Source of the DNA: an uncultured Chloroflexia bacterium
GTDB lineage: Bacteria > Chloroflexota > Limnocylindria > QHBO01
NCBI GenBank assembly: GCA_963767985.1
Contig: CAVYGE010000006.1
Location: 169-64,168, forward strand
Direction of reading: 5' to 3'
Length of the DNA stretch: 64,000 bases
The notes under the pieces: generated by a model
Seen by the model: the letters and a program-made list of their open reading frames with translations, nothing else
What the model was told of the DNA's origin: nothing
The model's database searches: none
Shown: piece by piece, positions 40,808 to 51,195 of the stretch
Layout: each line of letters opens with the position of its first letter
How positions within the stretch are numbered: the first letter of the stretch is position 1
Program-made: the position numbers and the translations under genes

Positions 40808-42125
40808 GCTGGCCCGAGCCTGACTTCGCGCCGGCGCCGGTGGCACCGGGCGGGTGGCGGCGCCTCCATCCGCTGAGCCCGCTGCTGCGGGCCGGTCGGG
40901 CCGTGCTCGTGCTGGCGGCGGTGAGCCTCGACAGCGCCACCGAGCTCGTGCTGGAGAGCAGCGTGGGCACGATCGTGCTCGTGCTCCTCGGCGTCGTCGC
41001 GGTTGCCGCCTTGTACTCCTGGGCGGCGTGGCGCAGCACCGTGTACCGGATCGGACCCGACGAGCTCGAGCTGCGCACCGGCATCGTCTTTCGCTCGCAT
41101 CGCCGGGTGCCGATCGCCCGGGTCGAGTCGGTTGACGTTGCCCGGCCGATCGTCCCGCGGATGCTCGGGCTGGCCCAGGTCAGGGTCGAGTCGGTGTCGC
41201 AGGGCAAGACCGAGGTGCGGCTGTCGTACCTCGAGGAGCAAGGGGCGGCGGCCGTGCGCGACGAGCTCGCCGCCCGCCAACGGCCCGCGGTCGCGACAAC
41301 CGAGGGCGCCGCGCCGGCGCCCGCCACCACGGGTCGCCCGATCGTGCAGATCCCGACCGGCGAGCTGCTGCTGGCCATCGTCGGCGCCCGAGTGGTGCCG
41401 GCCGCCCTGCTGCTGCTCCCGGTGACGCTTGTGGTCGCGGTGTTCGCCGGTGCCGCGGCGCTCGGTGTGTTGGGGGTTGGCGCGGTCATGCTCGTCGTGC
41501 TCGCCGTCACGGCGATCGCGGAGGCCGAGAAGCTCTACGGGTTCACGCTCGGCGAGTCCGACGACGGGATGCACATCAGGCGGGGTCTGCTCAACGAGCT
41601 GCACCAGCGCGTCGCGGCCGGGGCGCATCCAAGCGGTGGCGATCGTGGAGCCCTGGCTCTGGCGCCCGTTTCATCGCGTGCAGGTCGTCGTCGACATCGC
41701 CGGCTATCGCGGTGGTGAGCGCGACCAGCAGCGCGCGACCGCGGTCCTGCTGCCGCTCGCCCCGCCGGAGGTGGCCCGATACGTGCTGGCCCGGCTCGTG
41801 CCGGGGCTGGCGCTCGACGCCGCGCAGTTCGTGTCACCCCCGCGTTCGGCGCGGCTGCGTTCACCGGTGCGCTGGCGCTATTACGGCGTCTCCTGGTCCG
41901 ACCAGCACGCGATGGTGCGGCGAGGGGTGCTGCGCCGTCACACCGAGGTCGTCCCGCATCGCAAGGTGCAGAGCGCGGATCACCGCCGGGCCGTGGCAAC
42001 GTGCGCTCGGGTTGGCAACGCTGCACCTCGACACCGCCGGCACGCACATCAGAGCCAGCGCGCCGCACATGCGCCGGGCCGAGGCCGAGCGGCTGGCGTG
42101 GGCATCGCGCGCCGCCGCCCCGTAG
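40804..42125 (+). CDS. membrane protein with repeated bPH2 domains (YdbT-like) (frame breaks)
   Basis: GTG 40804 overlaps the upstream stop (GTGA). YRIGPDELELRTGIVFRSHRRVPIARVESVDV..LGLAQVRVES, ..GMHIRRGLLN.., ..HAMVRRGVLRRHTEVVPHRKVQSA.., ..LGLATLHLDTAG... Confidence 0.7.
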
Positions 42126-42131
42126 GTTCAG

Positions 42132-43025
42132 CTACGCAACGCGGCTGACGAGCGCCAGGATCTCTGCGTCATCGGGGGAGCCGCAGGGAAGCTCCGCGGC
42201 CGCCCGCACATCGAGCGCGGTGAGATGCATCGGCGCTGGACGACGTGCGTCGTTCACGACGCGGTCCGCGACGTCCGCGATCGCCGCAGCCTTGCCCCTG
42301 TCGTCGCTCATCGCGTCGGCGATCTCACGAAGGACAGCCGCGGCGGCAAACCGGTCGACGTGGAGCAACATGGGCAGCGCGGCGCTCAGCTCGATGAGCC
42401 CTCCCACCGTGTCGCCGTCTTCGATGCACCACCCACCGAGCTCTCGTCGACACGTTGCCGCGTACCGATTGTTTCCCGCTCGCTGAAGGGCATCGATCGC
42501 CGCACGAAGCTGCGTCGGGGCATCAGCGTCGCCATCCGCACCGCGCGTGTCGAGAGCTCGGCACGGATGATCGCATGCACGCCCTGCGCGACACCCCGGT
42601 CCTCGAGCTCGCGGGCGGCGATGAGGTCTGCGAGCCCGAGGTCGCCATGCCCGAGCCCCTTTGCGAGCCCAGCCCGGAGGTAGAGCGTGTGCACCACACT
42701 CGACGGATCGTCGAGCGCCCGGAACTGTCCGATGACGCGGCCGAGACCGCGTGTGGCCTTCCGTCCGGTTCCCGAACATCATCTCGTCGAGTGCCAGCGC
42801 GAAGGTCAGGTACGCATGCAGGCGCTCGTCGCCGCTTTCGGTCAACCGCGACTGGACGAGTCTGCTGTGCAAGAGCGCGCGCCCGCCTGGCACGTCGCCA
42901 CTCATGATCCGCGCCAGCGAGAGGTTCCCGATGGCCACAAGCCAGTGAGACCACTCGCCAGCCGCTTCAAAGGTGTCGGCACTCGCCGACAGAGGCTCGA
43001 GGTCGAGGGCGGTGATGGATGTCAT
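42132..43025 (-). CDS. hypothetical helical-repeat (TPR-like) protein (frame breaks)
   Basis: ORF 42132-43025, plus an alternate frame with ..VVHTLYLRAGLAKGLGHGDLGLADLIAARELEDRG... I do not recognise a family. Confidence 0.35.
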   Translation of the reverse strand: MTSITALDLEPLSASADTFEAAGEWSHWLVAIGNLSLARIMSGDVPGGRALLHSRLVQSRLTESGDERLHAYLTFALALDEMMFGNRTEGHTRSRPRHRTVPGARRSVECGAHALPPGWARKGARAWRPRARRPHRRPRARGPGCRAGRACDHPCRALDTRGADGDADAPTQLRAAIDALQRAGNNRYAATCRRELGGWCIEDGDTVGGLIELSAALPMLLHVDRFAAAAVLREIADAMSDDRGKAAAIADVADRVVNDARRPAPMHLTALDVRAAAELPCGSPDDAEILALVSRVA

Positions 43026-43075
43026 GCCCTTCGCGGTAACTGTCGCGGTGACCGCTCGCGCCGCCAGGAGCGGCG

Positions 43076-43777
43076 GTGTCTGCTCGCCGAGGGCGCTGTG
43101 ACACTCCTCAGGGTCCGACCGGTGCGACGGGAGCGCAAGGTCTGACCGGTTCGACGGGCTCGCAAGGCCTTACCGGTGCGACGGGTCCGACCGGCCCGAC
43201 CAGGGTCCGACCGGTCGCGACGGGTGCGACGGGTGCGACGGGTGCGACGGGTGCGACGGGTGCGACGGGTGCGACGGGTGCGACGGGTGCGACGGGTCTG
43301 ACGGGTGCGACCGGGCCAACCGGACCGCAGGGCATTCAGGGCGTCAAGGGGAACGCCGGCACGGACGGCACGAACGGCGCGACCGGTGCGAAGGGTGCTA
43401 CCGGTGCGACCGGACCGATGGGCATCCACATCGTCGAGGCTGACTCCGACGACGACTGGACTGAGGATGGACACGACTTCGACTCAATCCCCGCCGGTAC
43501 TTCGCAGAGCGGCGGCCGCTGGAACTCCCCCGTGAACGACACGGGTGCCCCCGCCCAGTTCCGCATCCTGAACTGCCCCGAAGGCGAGGTCGCGATCGGC
43601 GCCGGCTGGGTGATCGGCATGACCGACCGGAACATTCGGATCATCCGGAGCCAGCCGCAGCCCGCCCAGGCAGGGAACACGGCCATCGTCCCGAGTCGTA
43701 AGTGGGTCCTGCTCATCAGTGGCGGCCTTGACAACAACGTCGCGGTGACACCTTCGGTGGTCTGCGCTCCGTCCTAA
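43076..43777 (+). CDS. collagen-like (Gly-X-Thr triplet) repeat protein with globular C-terminal domain; N-terminus uncertain
   Basis: [30 protein letters not shown]...(ATG)n...[42 protein letters not shown], then about 120 aa of non-repeat sequence with 2 Cys. GTG 43076 gives no signal peptide. An upstream ATG at 43024 in another frame encodes [14 protein letters not shown]... Confidence 0.7.
   Translation: MSARRGRCDTPQGPTGATGAQGLTGSTGSQGLTGATGPTGPTRVRPVATGATGATGATGATGATGATGATGATGLTGATGPTGPQGIQGVKGNAGTDGTNGATGAKGATGATGPMGIHIVEADSDDDWTEDGHDFDSIPAGTSQSGGRWNSPVNDTGAPAQFRILNCPEGEVAIGAGWVIGMTDRNIRIIRSQPQPAQAGNTAIVPSRKWVLLISGGLDNNVAVTPSVVCAPS
43217..43297 (+). repeat. perfect tandem 9-nt repeat GCGACGGGT, about 9 copies, inside the collagen-like gene
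   Basis: Direct reading of 43217-43297. In-frame Ala-Thr-Gly units. Confidence 0.9.
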
Positions 43778-43784
43778 GCAGTCA

Positions 43785-43808
43785 GGGGTGCGGCGGTTGC
43801 CGCACCCC
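43785..43808 (+). terminator. strong GC hairpin after the collagen-like gene
   Basis: GGGGTGCGGC-ggtt-GCCGCACCCC: perfect 10-bp stem, 4-nt loop, 8 nt after the stop. No U-tract. Confidence 0.6.
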
Positions 43809-43855
43809 GGACCGCCGGGCCACATCGGCCGCTGTCGCCCCGTAGGGTCCCGAGC

Positions 43856-44736
43856 GTGGAGGTCCATCTGCTCGACGGGACGTACGAGCTGTTTCGTCAC
43901 TTCTTCGCCGTGCCGCCGCACCGCACCGCCGACCACCGTGAGGTGGGTGCGACGAGAGCGGTGCTCGGGTCTGCGCTCGACATGCTCGAGCAAGGGGCCA
44001 CGCACCTCGCCGTGGCCACCGACCACGTCATCGAGTCGTGGCGCAACGACCGGTGGCCCGGCTACAAGACCGGCGCCGGGATCGACCCCCATCTCCTCGA
44101 GCAGTTCGTCCCGCTCGAGGAGGGGCTCGAGGCGATGGGACTCGTCGTCTGGGCCATGGTGGAGAACGAGGCCGATGACGCGCTCGCGGCGGGCGCCCGC
44201 ATCGCCGCCGCGGATCCTCGGGTCAACCGGGTGCTGATCTGCACGCCCGACAAGGACCTCGGGCAGTGCGTCGGCGGCAAGATCGTCCAGTTCGACCGGC
44301 GGCAGCGCAAGCTGCTCGACGTCGCCGGTGTCGTCGAGAAGTTCGGCGTGCCCCCCGAGTCGATCCCCGACTGGTTGGCGCTCGTTGGCGACAGCGCCGA
44401 TGGCTTCCCCGGGTTGCCGGGGCTGGGGCGCGAAGACGGCGGCCGCGGTGCTGGCTCGGTATGGCCACATCGAGGACATCCCCGCGCTTGGCGCCCGCTG
44501 GGAAGGCATCCGCGTGCGCGGTGCCGAGAAGCTGGCGGGCACGCTGGTCGACCGAGCGCGCCAACGCCATGCTGTTCCGGGAGCTCGCGACGCTCGTCGA
44601 CGACTGCATCACCGTCGAGGTCGACGACCTGCGGTGGCGGGGGCCGCGCCCGGAGTTCGCCGACGTGGCCGCCAGCCTCGACATGCCCGAGCTGGCCGAG
44701 CGAGCGACGCGGATCGGCTCAACCAGGGGCGCATGA
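43856..44736 (+). CDS. 5'-3' exonuclease / flap endonuclease (Pol I N-terminal-like) (frame breaks)
   Basis: GTG 43856. LLDGTYELFRHFF, ..ATDHVIESWRNDRWPGYK.., ..ENEADDALA.., ..CTPDKDLGQCV.., H3TH part LVGDSADGFPGLPGWGAKTAAAVLARYGHIEDI (shifted). Confidence 0.75.
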
Positions 44737-44748
44737 GCGCGAAGCGCG

Positions 44749-45668
44749 TCAGCGATAGCCGGTCGTGTCGGCGGGCTTGCCGGCGTCCTGCACCTCGGCC
44801 ACGTAGCGCCAGGCGTCGGGCTGGCTGCCGTCGAGGTCGGTGAAGCCGTAGACCTCGGCCAGCTGCCCGCTCGACAGCGACTGCCCGTTCCAGCGCGCCA
44901 CGTCGGGATCCGCGGCGAGGGCGGCGACGGCCCGGCCGACGAACGCCGGGCTCTCGGAGATGGCGAAGTGCGGCTGATACGCTCGGTCGCGTCCTGCCAG
45001 TTCGCCTCGGTGACGCCGAACGCCTCGAGCATCGCCTCGGATCGCAGCCAGCCCGGGCGTGAGCGCCACCGCGGTGGCGCCGTGCGGCTTCAGCTCGTGG
45101 GCCAGCGCGAAGGCCATGCGGAGGTTGGCGGCCTTGGCCAGGTCGTAGAAGAACGAGACGCGGTAGTTCGTGGCGTTGTACTCGTCGGTGCCGTCGGTCA
45201 CCTCGACGACCAGGCCGCCCGGCGTCTCGATCAGCAGCGGCAGCGCGAAGTGGCTGGTGATGGCGTGGGTGTCGACCGCCAGGCGCAGGGTGCGCAGCCC
45301 GACGTCGAGCGACGACTCCCACACGGTCTTGTTCCACTCCATGGTGGTGGCGCCCCAGATGTCGTTGACGAGCGACGTGCAGCGCGCCCTGCTCGCGCTT
45401 CGATGCGCTGCGACGAGCGCCTGCACCTCGTCGGGCACGAGGTGGTCGACCTGCACGGCGATGCCGCGCCCGCCGGCTTCGTCGACGAGCGCGGCGGTCT
45501 CCTCGATCGTCTCCGGCCGGTTCATCTCCGAGCGCTCGGACGCGGGTCGTGCGCCCGGTGACGTAGACGGTGGCGCCGGCCGCGCCGAGCTCGCACGGCG
45601 ATGCCTCGCCCCGCGGCCCGGGTCGCCCCGGCGACCAGCGCGACCCTGCCTGCAAGCGATGTCGGCAT
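44749..45668 (-). CDS. SDR-family oxidoreductase (frame breaks)
   Basis: ATG 45668. LAGRVALVAGATRAAGRGIAVELGAAGATVYVTGR (shifted frames), ..LVNDIWG.., ..YDLAKAANLRMAFALAHEL... Confidence 0.7.
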
Positions 45669-45682
45669 CGCCCCGAAGGTAG

Positions 45683-46243
45683 TCAGCCGGCGGTCGTCGT
45701 TGTTCGCGTGTCCGCCACCGTTGAGGTGGTGGTCGGGGCTCGCCCGGTGAGGCTCGGGTCGAGCGCGATGGCGGTGCTGATCTCGTCGTCACCCTCAGTG
45801 TCGCGTCCGAGCTTCTTCAGCAGGAAGCCGAGGTTGAGGTGCGTGTTCGCATCGTCGGGCTTCACCGCGATGATGTGGCGATAGAGGTCGATGGCCTCAG
45901 TCGGCGCCGGCTCCGTGCGCAGGATGGCCAGGTTGAAGAGCGCAGGGACGTAGTCAGGGTCGAGGGCCAGGGTCTGGCGGTACTGCGTCTCCGCCGACGC
46001 GTTGCGACCGGCTTGCTGATCGATCAGCCCGAGGTTGTAGTAGGCGAGCTTGTTGTTGGGATCGAGGTCGATGACCTTGCGGTACTCCTCGATCGCGGCA
46101 TCGAGCTTGCCGTCGACATGCAGCGCCAGCGCCTCGTTGAGCACGTCGGCCGCCTTCGTCGCGTCGCCTCCACCGCTGTCGTCGTCGTCACCGCACGCGC
46201 CCAGCATGAGCGCGGCGCACACCGCCACGGCGAGAACCTTCAT
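45683..46243 (-). CDS. TPR-repeat lipoprotein
   Basis: [22 protein letters not shown] (lipobox LGAC), then TPR-like [25 protein letters not shown].., ..[21 protein letters not shown]... Confidence 0.75.
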   Translation of the reverse strand: MKVLAVAVCAALMLGACGDDDDSGGGDATKAADVLNEALALHVDGKLDAAIEEYRKVIDLDPNNKLAYYNLGLIDQQAGRNASAETQYRQTLALDPDYVPALFNLAILRTEPAPTEAIDLYRHIIAVKPDDANTHLNLGFLLKKLGRDTEGDDEISTAIALDPSLTGRAPTTTSTVADTRTTTTAG

Positions 46244-46285
46244 CGACGCCACCGGTACACGCATGCCCCGGAGGATACGGGTCGG

Positions 46286-46480
46286 TCAGCGCGGCACCGG
46301 TGCGACTGCGGTGCTGTCGAGCCAGCGGCGGTAGAGCTGGGCGTAGGTGCGGTCGTGCGCGCGAGCAGGTCGCGGTGCGTGCCGACCTCGACCAGGCGTC
46401 CGCGTTCGAGCACCGCGACCACGTCGGCTCGTTCGGCCGTGGCCAGCCGATGGGCGATCGTGACCGTCGTTCGCCCGGCG
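46286..46480 (-). pseudogene. C-terminal remnant (about 65 aa) of an ABC exporter ATPase
   Basis: [50 protein letters not shown]... Walker A/B and signature motifs are absent, and there is no upstream coding in frame. Confidence 0.65.
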
Positions 46481-46490
46481 CGCACGCCCC

Positions 46491-47048
46491 GGTGTAGAGG
46501 GCCAGCTTGCCGATCGGGATCGCCATCCCGCCGGCGCCCAGGTCGCCGAGCCCCAGGATCCGCTCGTTGTCGGTGACCACGATGAGCCGCACGTCGTCGA
46601 ACGGGCCGTTGCGCAGGATCTCGCCGATGCGGTCGCGGTCGTGCGGCGTGATCCATGCTCCCCGCGTGCGCCTCAGGACGTGGCTGAACTCCTGGCAGGC
46701 GAGGCCGACGGTCGGCGTGTAGACGATCGGGAGGAGCTCCTCCAGGTTCTCGGCCAGCACGCGGTAGAAGAGCGTGGCATTCCGATCCTGGAGGGCCGCC
46801 AGGCCGATGTACTGCTCGAGCGGATCATCCTTGCGTCGCAGGCGCGTGAGCTCGAGCTCGACCTGTTCCTCGATGCTCATGACCCGGTCCGGAAGGAGCC
46901 CCCGGAGGTCGAACGCCTCGCGCTCATCGGCGCTGAAGGCGAAATCCTTGGTGAGGAGGCGATTGCTCAACAGGGTCGTCCCACTCAAGGCGACGTCGGC
47001 CGGACGGCCGGCAACGATGGCATCAAAGGGTGCTGGCAGGGGTCGCAT
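46491..47048 (-). pseudogene. N-terminal remnant (about 186 aa) of an NAD(P)-malic enzyme
   Basis: ..[93 protein letters not shown], then the reading abruptly becomes the ABC fragment. Confidence 0.7.
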
Positions 47049-47100
47049 CGGGTCCGAGGATAGTCACCTCGTGCCGTGTCTCGCGCGGCATACTGGGCCC

Positions 47101-47439
47101 ATGCGAGCGTGGGTCGCCGTCGCGGGAGTGGCGGTGGTGATGGTCATCGTCATCGGCGGCTTCGTGGTGACGCGTCCGACATTGCGGGCAACCTCGAACC
47201 TCGATCCCGACGTGACCATTCGGTGCGAGGCGGCGGCGGGATCGACGGAGGTCTGTCGCGCCTGGGGAGACGAGCTGCTGGCGGCGGGCGCGCCGTCGAC
47301 GACGTTCGAGATGCAGGACGTGGCTCAGCTCGTCATCCGGCGGCCGCTGTTCGGCCTTGCCTCGAACTGCGAGGTCGACTACGTCCTGGGGCGCTACCCG
47401 GACGACCCCGCCTGGATCGAGGAGGCACCCTGCCGATGA
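47101..47439 (+). CDS. small membrane-anchored hypothetical protein
   Basis: ATG 47101. MRAWVAVAGVAVVMVIVIGGFVV TM helix, then a 4-Cys ectodomain. Confidence 0.5.
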   Translation: MRAWVAVAGVAVVMVIVIGGFVVTRPTLRATSNLDPDVTIRCEAAAGSTEVCRAWGDELLAAGAPSTTFEMQDVAQLVIRRPLFGLASNCEVDYVLGRYPDDPAWIEEAPCR

Positions 47440-47463
47440 CGTTCCTGGTGGAGCTTCTGAGCT

Positions 47464-47994
47464 TTGAGCCGGGCGCGGGAGGAAGGTGCATCGGAGCGCG
47501 GTATGGGCACTGATCACCTTGCCTTCTCGCGCGCCTTGTCGGCCAAGCTTGCAAACGTGCAGCCATCGCGCGATGGGATGCTGGAGTATCGACCCTGCGC
47601 GGTACGGCTGGGGGACGGACTGATCGTACCGAGAGTGGTGTTCGCGATGGCGGACCCTTGGTTCACGGCGTGGGGTATCTGGCCCGAGGACGACCCGGGA
47701 AAGGTGGCCATCGCGCCTGCCGACGTGGCCGACCTCTGGGAGAGTCCGGCGAGACTACCGGCTCACCTCGCGGACGAGCTGTACCGACACGGCGAGTCAG
47801 GGATGGGCTTCTATCTCTTCAGACTCTGGCCACGCGACGGCTCGAGTCTTGCGACCCGCACGGGCAACGTGGTCGACTTCCCGTATCTCCCGGCCGGCAC
47901 AGATATGGATGTAGTCGAGCGCGTCGAGCCGGCCGGCCGGTCGGAGGAATCGGTACACGACGCACCACCGTTCGCCTGGTGCCTCCTCCGATGA
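47464..47994 (+). CDS. hypothetical protein
   Basis: 176-aa ORF with non-biased composition (..PWFTAWGIWPEDDPGKVAIAPADVADLWES..). Start uncertain (alternative ATG 47503). Confidence 0.4.
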   Translation: MSRAREEGASERGMGTDHLAFSRALSAKLANVQPSRDGMLEYRPCAVRLGDGLIVPRVVFAMADPWFTAWGIWPEDDPGKVAIAPADVADLWESPARLPAHLADELYRHGESGMGFYLFRLWPRDGSSLATRTGNVVDFPYLPAGTDMDVVERVEPAGRSEESVHDAPPFAWCLLR

Positions 47995-48090
47995 CGTCTG
48001 CTCCCCGATGGCGCCTGCGCCGTCGCGTCGCCCCTACGCGGGCGAGGTAGCGTCGAAGCCGGAGACGGGGTCAGTATCCGCTGGCGACTG

Positions 48091-48666
48091 TCATGGTGAC
48101 CCCATATCAAGGCCGATCCCCGCGACGGCCTCGCTTTCATCGAGATACATCGTTACCGCCCACCACTGCATGCAGGCCGCGATGCTGCCCCTCGCGGGAC
48201 CGACAGTGATCATTCGGTGCGCAGCCAATTCCGCGGGGACCGGTGCTGTCTCGTTGGGGGCTGTGCAGGTGTGCGGAGGGCCCTCGTTGACAGTCACGTC
48301 CACTGAAGATGCGAGGAGCTCGAGCGCGGAAAACGGGCCTGTCCGCTCGCGAAAGCCGTCCGGGCCCGGATCAATAAGCCATTGCTGCTGATCGACGAGA
48401 CCAGCCGCTGGAGTACTCATCACCACCCGATCAGCCAGCGCAAGATCCACCTCGCTGGCGAGGGGTATCCGCGCGAATGTCGCCGCATCTCGGACACGGG
48501 CGTACTCAATGAGCGTCGCCGAAATAGCTTCACCATCCAGTGGGTCTGCCCGCGCATCGCTGGGTGTCGCGGGGACCGGAAGGCGCCCTTCGTCACCGAT
48601 TGAGCTACGCAGGAGGACAACCGAACCCTCGGCCACCAGCGCCCCGACAAGGCCGATGGCAACCAT
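48091..48666 (-). CDS. hypothetical membrane-anchored/secreted protein (islet gene)
   Basis: ATG 48666. MVAIGLVGALVAEGSVVLL hydrophobic N-terminus. The rest is unassigned. Confidence 0.4.
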   Translation of the reverse strand: MVAIGLVGALVAEGSVVLLRSSIGDEGRLPVPATPSDARADPLDGEAISATLIEYARVRDAATFARIPLASEVDLALADRVVMSTPAAGLVDQQQWLIDPGPDGFRERTGPFSALELLASSVDVTVNEGPPHTCTAPNETAPVPAELAAHRMITVGPARGSIAACMQWWAVTMYLDESEAVAGIGLDMGSP

Positions 48667-48973
48667 CGTTCGTCGGTTCGAAGAGTTGTTCACCAGATCA
48701 ACAGTATGGCTGCAGTCGATCCTCGATAGATCGTCAGAGTTCCGGCATCCGTGGCTCCTTTCACGACCATTGAAGGCCAAAATCCTGCGAGATGGTAGGC
48801 ATTCCCCTTGAGTAGCGCGCCATGACGGAACGCATCCTGGGCAGTCGAGGCATGAGAAAGCATGGATTCGAATGACAGCGCTCGAGCGTCTGCCGTCGGG
48901 CAAGCGTGGCGCTCGTGTCCGGTTTTCAGGGTCTCGTGCGTTGATGATGGTGATGGAAGCGCGCGGAGTGGCA

Positions 48974-49555
48974 ATGAATCTCACGGACGCCCTCGCAGCT
49001 GACGGCGATCAGGCCGAAGTCGGTGTCACCGATGATCAGCTTGCTCGGCGCGCCGCAACTGATCCCGACGCCAGGGCAGCGTTCTACCTCCGGTACCGTG
49101 ATCCGGTCTTCCGCTACCTCCGGGCGCGATGCCGCGACGAGGACACCGCTCTCGATCTGACGGCAGCTACATTCGAGAAGGCGCTCCGCGCGATCGGCCG
49201 ATACCGGCCAGGCGAGGGCGGGCTTCGAGCGTGGCTGTTCACCATCGCCCGCAACACCGCGACCGATCATGAGCGACGAAACCAGCCGCTCCTCGGCCAA
49301 TGGGCGATGAACACTGAGCGGCGCAGTGAGGACCGCGGTCCGGAAGATACCGCCGTCGCAAATGATGAGCGACAGCGGCTGCTTCGGCGACTTCGGGACC
49401 TGCCGGAGATCCAGCGTGATGCGCTCGCGATGCGCTACGGATCCGGGATGACCGCGCGCGAGATCGGCGTCGTGATCGGCAAGACCGAGGAGGCGAGCCA
49501 GAAGCTCATCACACGAGCGCTGGCTCGCTTGAAGGAGGCCTATCATGCCGACTGA
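48974..49555 (+). CDS. ECF (group IV) RNA polymerase sigma factor 1
   Basis: Region 2: FYLRYRDPVFRYLRARC..DEDTALDLTAATFEKAL, LRAWLFTIARNTATDHER. Region 4: LPEIQRDALAMRYGSGMTAREIGVVIGKTEEASQKLITRAL. Start could be 48944. Confidence 0.85.
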   Translation: MNLTDALAADGDQAEVGVTDDQLARRAATDPDARAAFYLRYRDPVFRYLRARCRDEDTALDLTAATFEKALRAIGRYRPGEGGLRAWLFTIARNTATDHERRNQPLLGQWAMNTERRSEDRGPEDTAVANDERQRLLRRLRDLPEIQRDALAMRYGSGMTAREIGVVIGKTEEASQKLITRALARLKEAYHAD

Positions 49556-50189
49556 CTTCGAGCGCCAACTGCGCGATGCCCTGACGGCGCCGATGAGCGA
49601 GACACAGCTCGACGCCCTCGATGCGCGAGTCCGCACCGATCTGGACGCGCCTCGCGCGAGAGCCCGGCGACGTCCCCCTGCTCGGCTACTGCTCCTGGCT
49701 GCCGCGATTGCCCTTCTCCTGCCGGTGGGGGCACTTGCGGGCATGTTCAGCTCCGAGAGTCCGCAAGGCTTGGGAGGCGTCGACGAGTTCCAGGCCGAGC
49801 TTGACGCTGCGATGGCCGACGTCCCCATCCCGCCAGGTCAATCGTGGCCTGACTCGTCCGTCCTCGATGCCGGGCAAGACATCGCGCCGGTGGAGTCTGG
49901 ACAGCCGTCGAGTCGGCCACTGTTCAGCCGCGGCGGCGGCCGCGCCACCGTCGAGTACGTGGCAATCTGTCTTTGGCTCGACGAGTGGCTCGCTGCAAAA
50001 CAACTGAATGATCTCGCGCGCACACAGGCGGCGTCGATGGTGCTCTTCGAGTTGCCGTCATGGCCTTCGTGGAACGGCCCATTCTGGGATGAGTCGCTGA
50101 CGGACCTGCTGGAAGTGGTACTTCACGCGATTGCCGCCGAGGACGAGGAGCCGGTGCGCCAATTCGTCGGTCTCAACTGCGCTGACTGA
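49545..50189 (+). CDS. putative anti-sigma factor (single TM), overlaps the sigma gene end
   Basis: ATG 49545 overlaps the sigma stop by 11 nt. Short cytoplasmic N-terminus, TM LLLLAAAIALLLPVGALAGMF, about 140-aa ectodomain. Confidence 0.55.
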   Translation: MPTDFERQLRDALTAPMSETQLDALDARVRTDLDAPRARARRRPPARLLLLAAAIALLLPVGALAGMFSSESPQGLGGVDEFQAELDAAMADVPIPPGQSWPDSSVLDAGQDIAPVESGQPSSRPLFSRGGGRATVEYVAICLWLDEWLAAKQLNDLARTQAASMVLFELPSWPSWNGPFWDESLTDLLEVVLHAIAAEDEEPVRQFVGLNCAD

Positions 50190-50269
50190 TGAGGTGCTCG
50201 GTGGGACAAAGCACCGCGGCCAACCCTGTCTAGCCGTGCTGACGTTGGTCGCGTTCACGACGAGCGCTT

Positions 50270-50560
50270 GTGTCGAATCGGAACGCCGCGCAGGCAGAGG
50301 CGGTCGTGACCGACTATCTGTCGACCGTGAGTGATATCGCTCCACGCGTCATGTCGCAACCATTCGCGACGCCACGAGAGGTTCTTGGACTGATGACACT
50401 GACAGCAATCGGCTATGTCGTAGCCGGCCTTACGGTGGTCGGTGGGCTACTGGCTACTTCCCGCGTCCAGGGCAACCGTCGGTTCGTCGTGTTGGCCGCC
50501 TCCGTTGCTCTGGCAGTCATCATCGCCTGGTTCGCCTGGCTGTTCGGCACCGCGGTGTAA
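50270..50560 (+). CDS. small two-TM membrane protein
   Basis: ..LGLMTLTAIGYVVAGLTVVGGLLA.. and ..FVVLAASVALAVIIAWFAWLFG... Confidence 0.4.
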   Translation: MSNRNAAQAEAVVTDYLSTVSDIAPRVMSQPFATPREVLGLMTLTAIGYVVAGLTVVGGLLATSRVQGNRRFVVLAASVALAVIIAWFAWLFGTAV

Positions 50561-50652
50561 CGCTTGAGCATGCGACCCGGCTCGCGTCACCTGCAACATC
50601 GTGCGTCAGTGGGGCATCTAGCGCCCATCTGAACGAGGGGAGGGAGGAGCCG

Positions 50653-51195
50653 TTGGTTGAGCCCGTTGGCACGGCGGACGCCTTCGAGGCCATCGAGGCC
50701 GACGACGCGACCGATGCTGCGGATCCGAGCGCCGATTTCGACGCGCGATTCACGGCGGCTCGGCAACGGCTCCTCCGCATCTGCGGCTCCCTGGTGGGAG
50801 CGGACGAGGGCGAGGACGTGGTGCACGATACCTATCTGCTCGGGAGACGCCGGTTCGGCCAACTGCGGGACGATGCGGCCTTCGAGGCTTGGATCACCCG
50901 CATCGCCGTGAACCTGTGCTACTCACGCCATCGGCGAGCCAGCCGACTGCGCAGCCTAGTGTCGGGACTGCGCCCCGCGCGTGCGGCTGCGACGGACATC
51001 GGGCTGCGGGAGCTCGTCGAATCGCTGCCCCCGCGAGAGCGGACGGTGCTCGTCCTTCACTACGGGCACGGGTATCGGCTCGAGGAGATCGCGACCCTCC
51101 TCGATCTGACCCACACGAATGTGCGGACCATCATCGCTCGCACCCGGAGTCGCCTGTTCGACGCGTGGCGCCGAGCGGAGGGTATCGACCGATGA
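50653..51195 (+). CDS. ECF RNA polymerase sigma factor 2
   Basis: Strong [15 protein letters not shown] precedes TTG 50653. ..DVVHDTYLL.., FEAWITRIAVNLCYSRHRR, LPPRERTVLVLHYGHGYRLEEIATLLDLTHTNVRTIIARTRSRL. Confidence 0.8.
   Translation: MVEPVGTADAFEAIEADDATDAADPSADFDARFTAARQRLLRICGSLVGADEGEDVVHDTYLLGRRRFGQLRDDAAFEAWITRIAVNLCYSRHRRASRLRSLVSGLRPARAAATDIGLRELVESLPPRERTVLVLHYGHGYRLEEIATLLDLTHTNVRTIIARTRSRLFDAWRRAEGIDR

Noticed and set aside
43108-43335. A short-period repeat array that might be mistaken for a CRISPR or other non-coding repeat.
   Set aside because: The period is 9 nt with no spacers, and it is in frame with Gly-X-Y collagen triplets on the plus strand. It is a coding VNTR, not a CRISPR array.
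50560-50652. A possible ECF-type autoregulated promoter upstream of sigma factor 2 (GCAAC, 17 nt, CATCTA around 50593-50620). A similar search was made upstream of sigma factor 1.
   Set aside because: The match to the GGAAC-N16/17-CGTC consensus is only loose. I could not find a convincing counterpart upstream of sigma 1. It is too weak to call without a genome-wide motif model.
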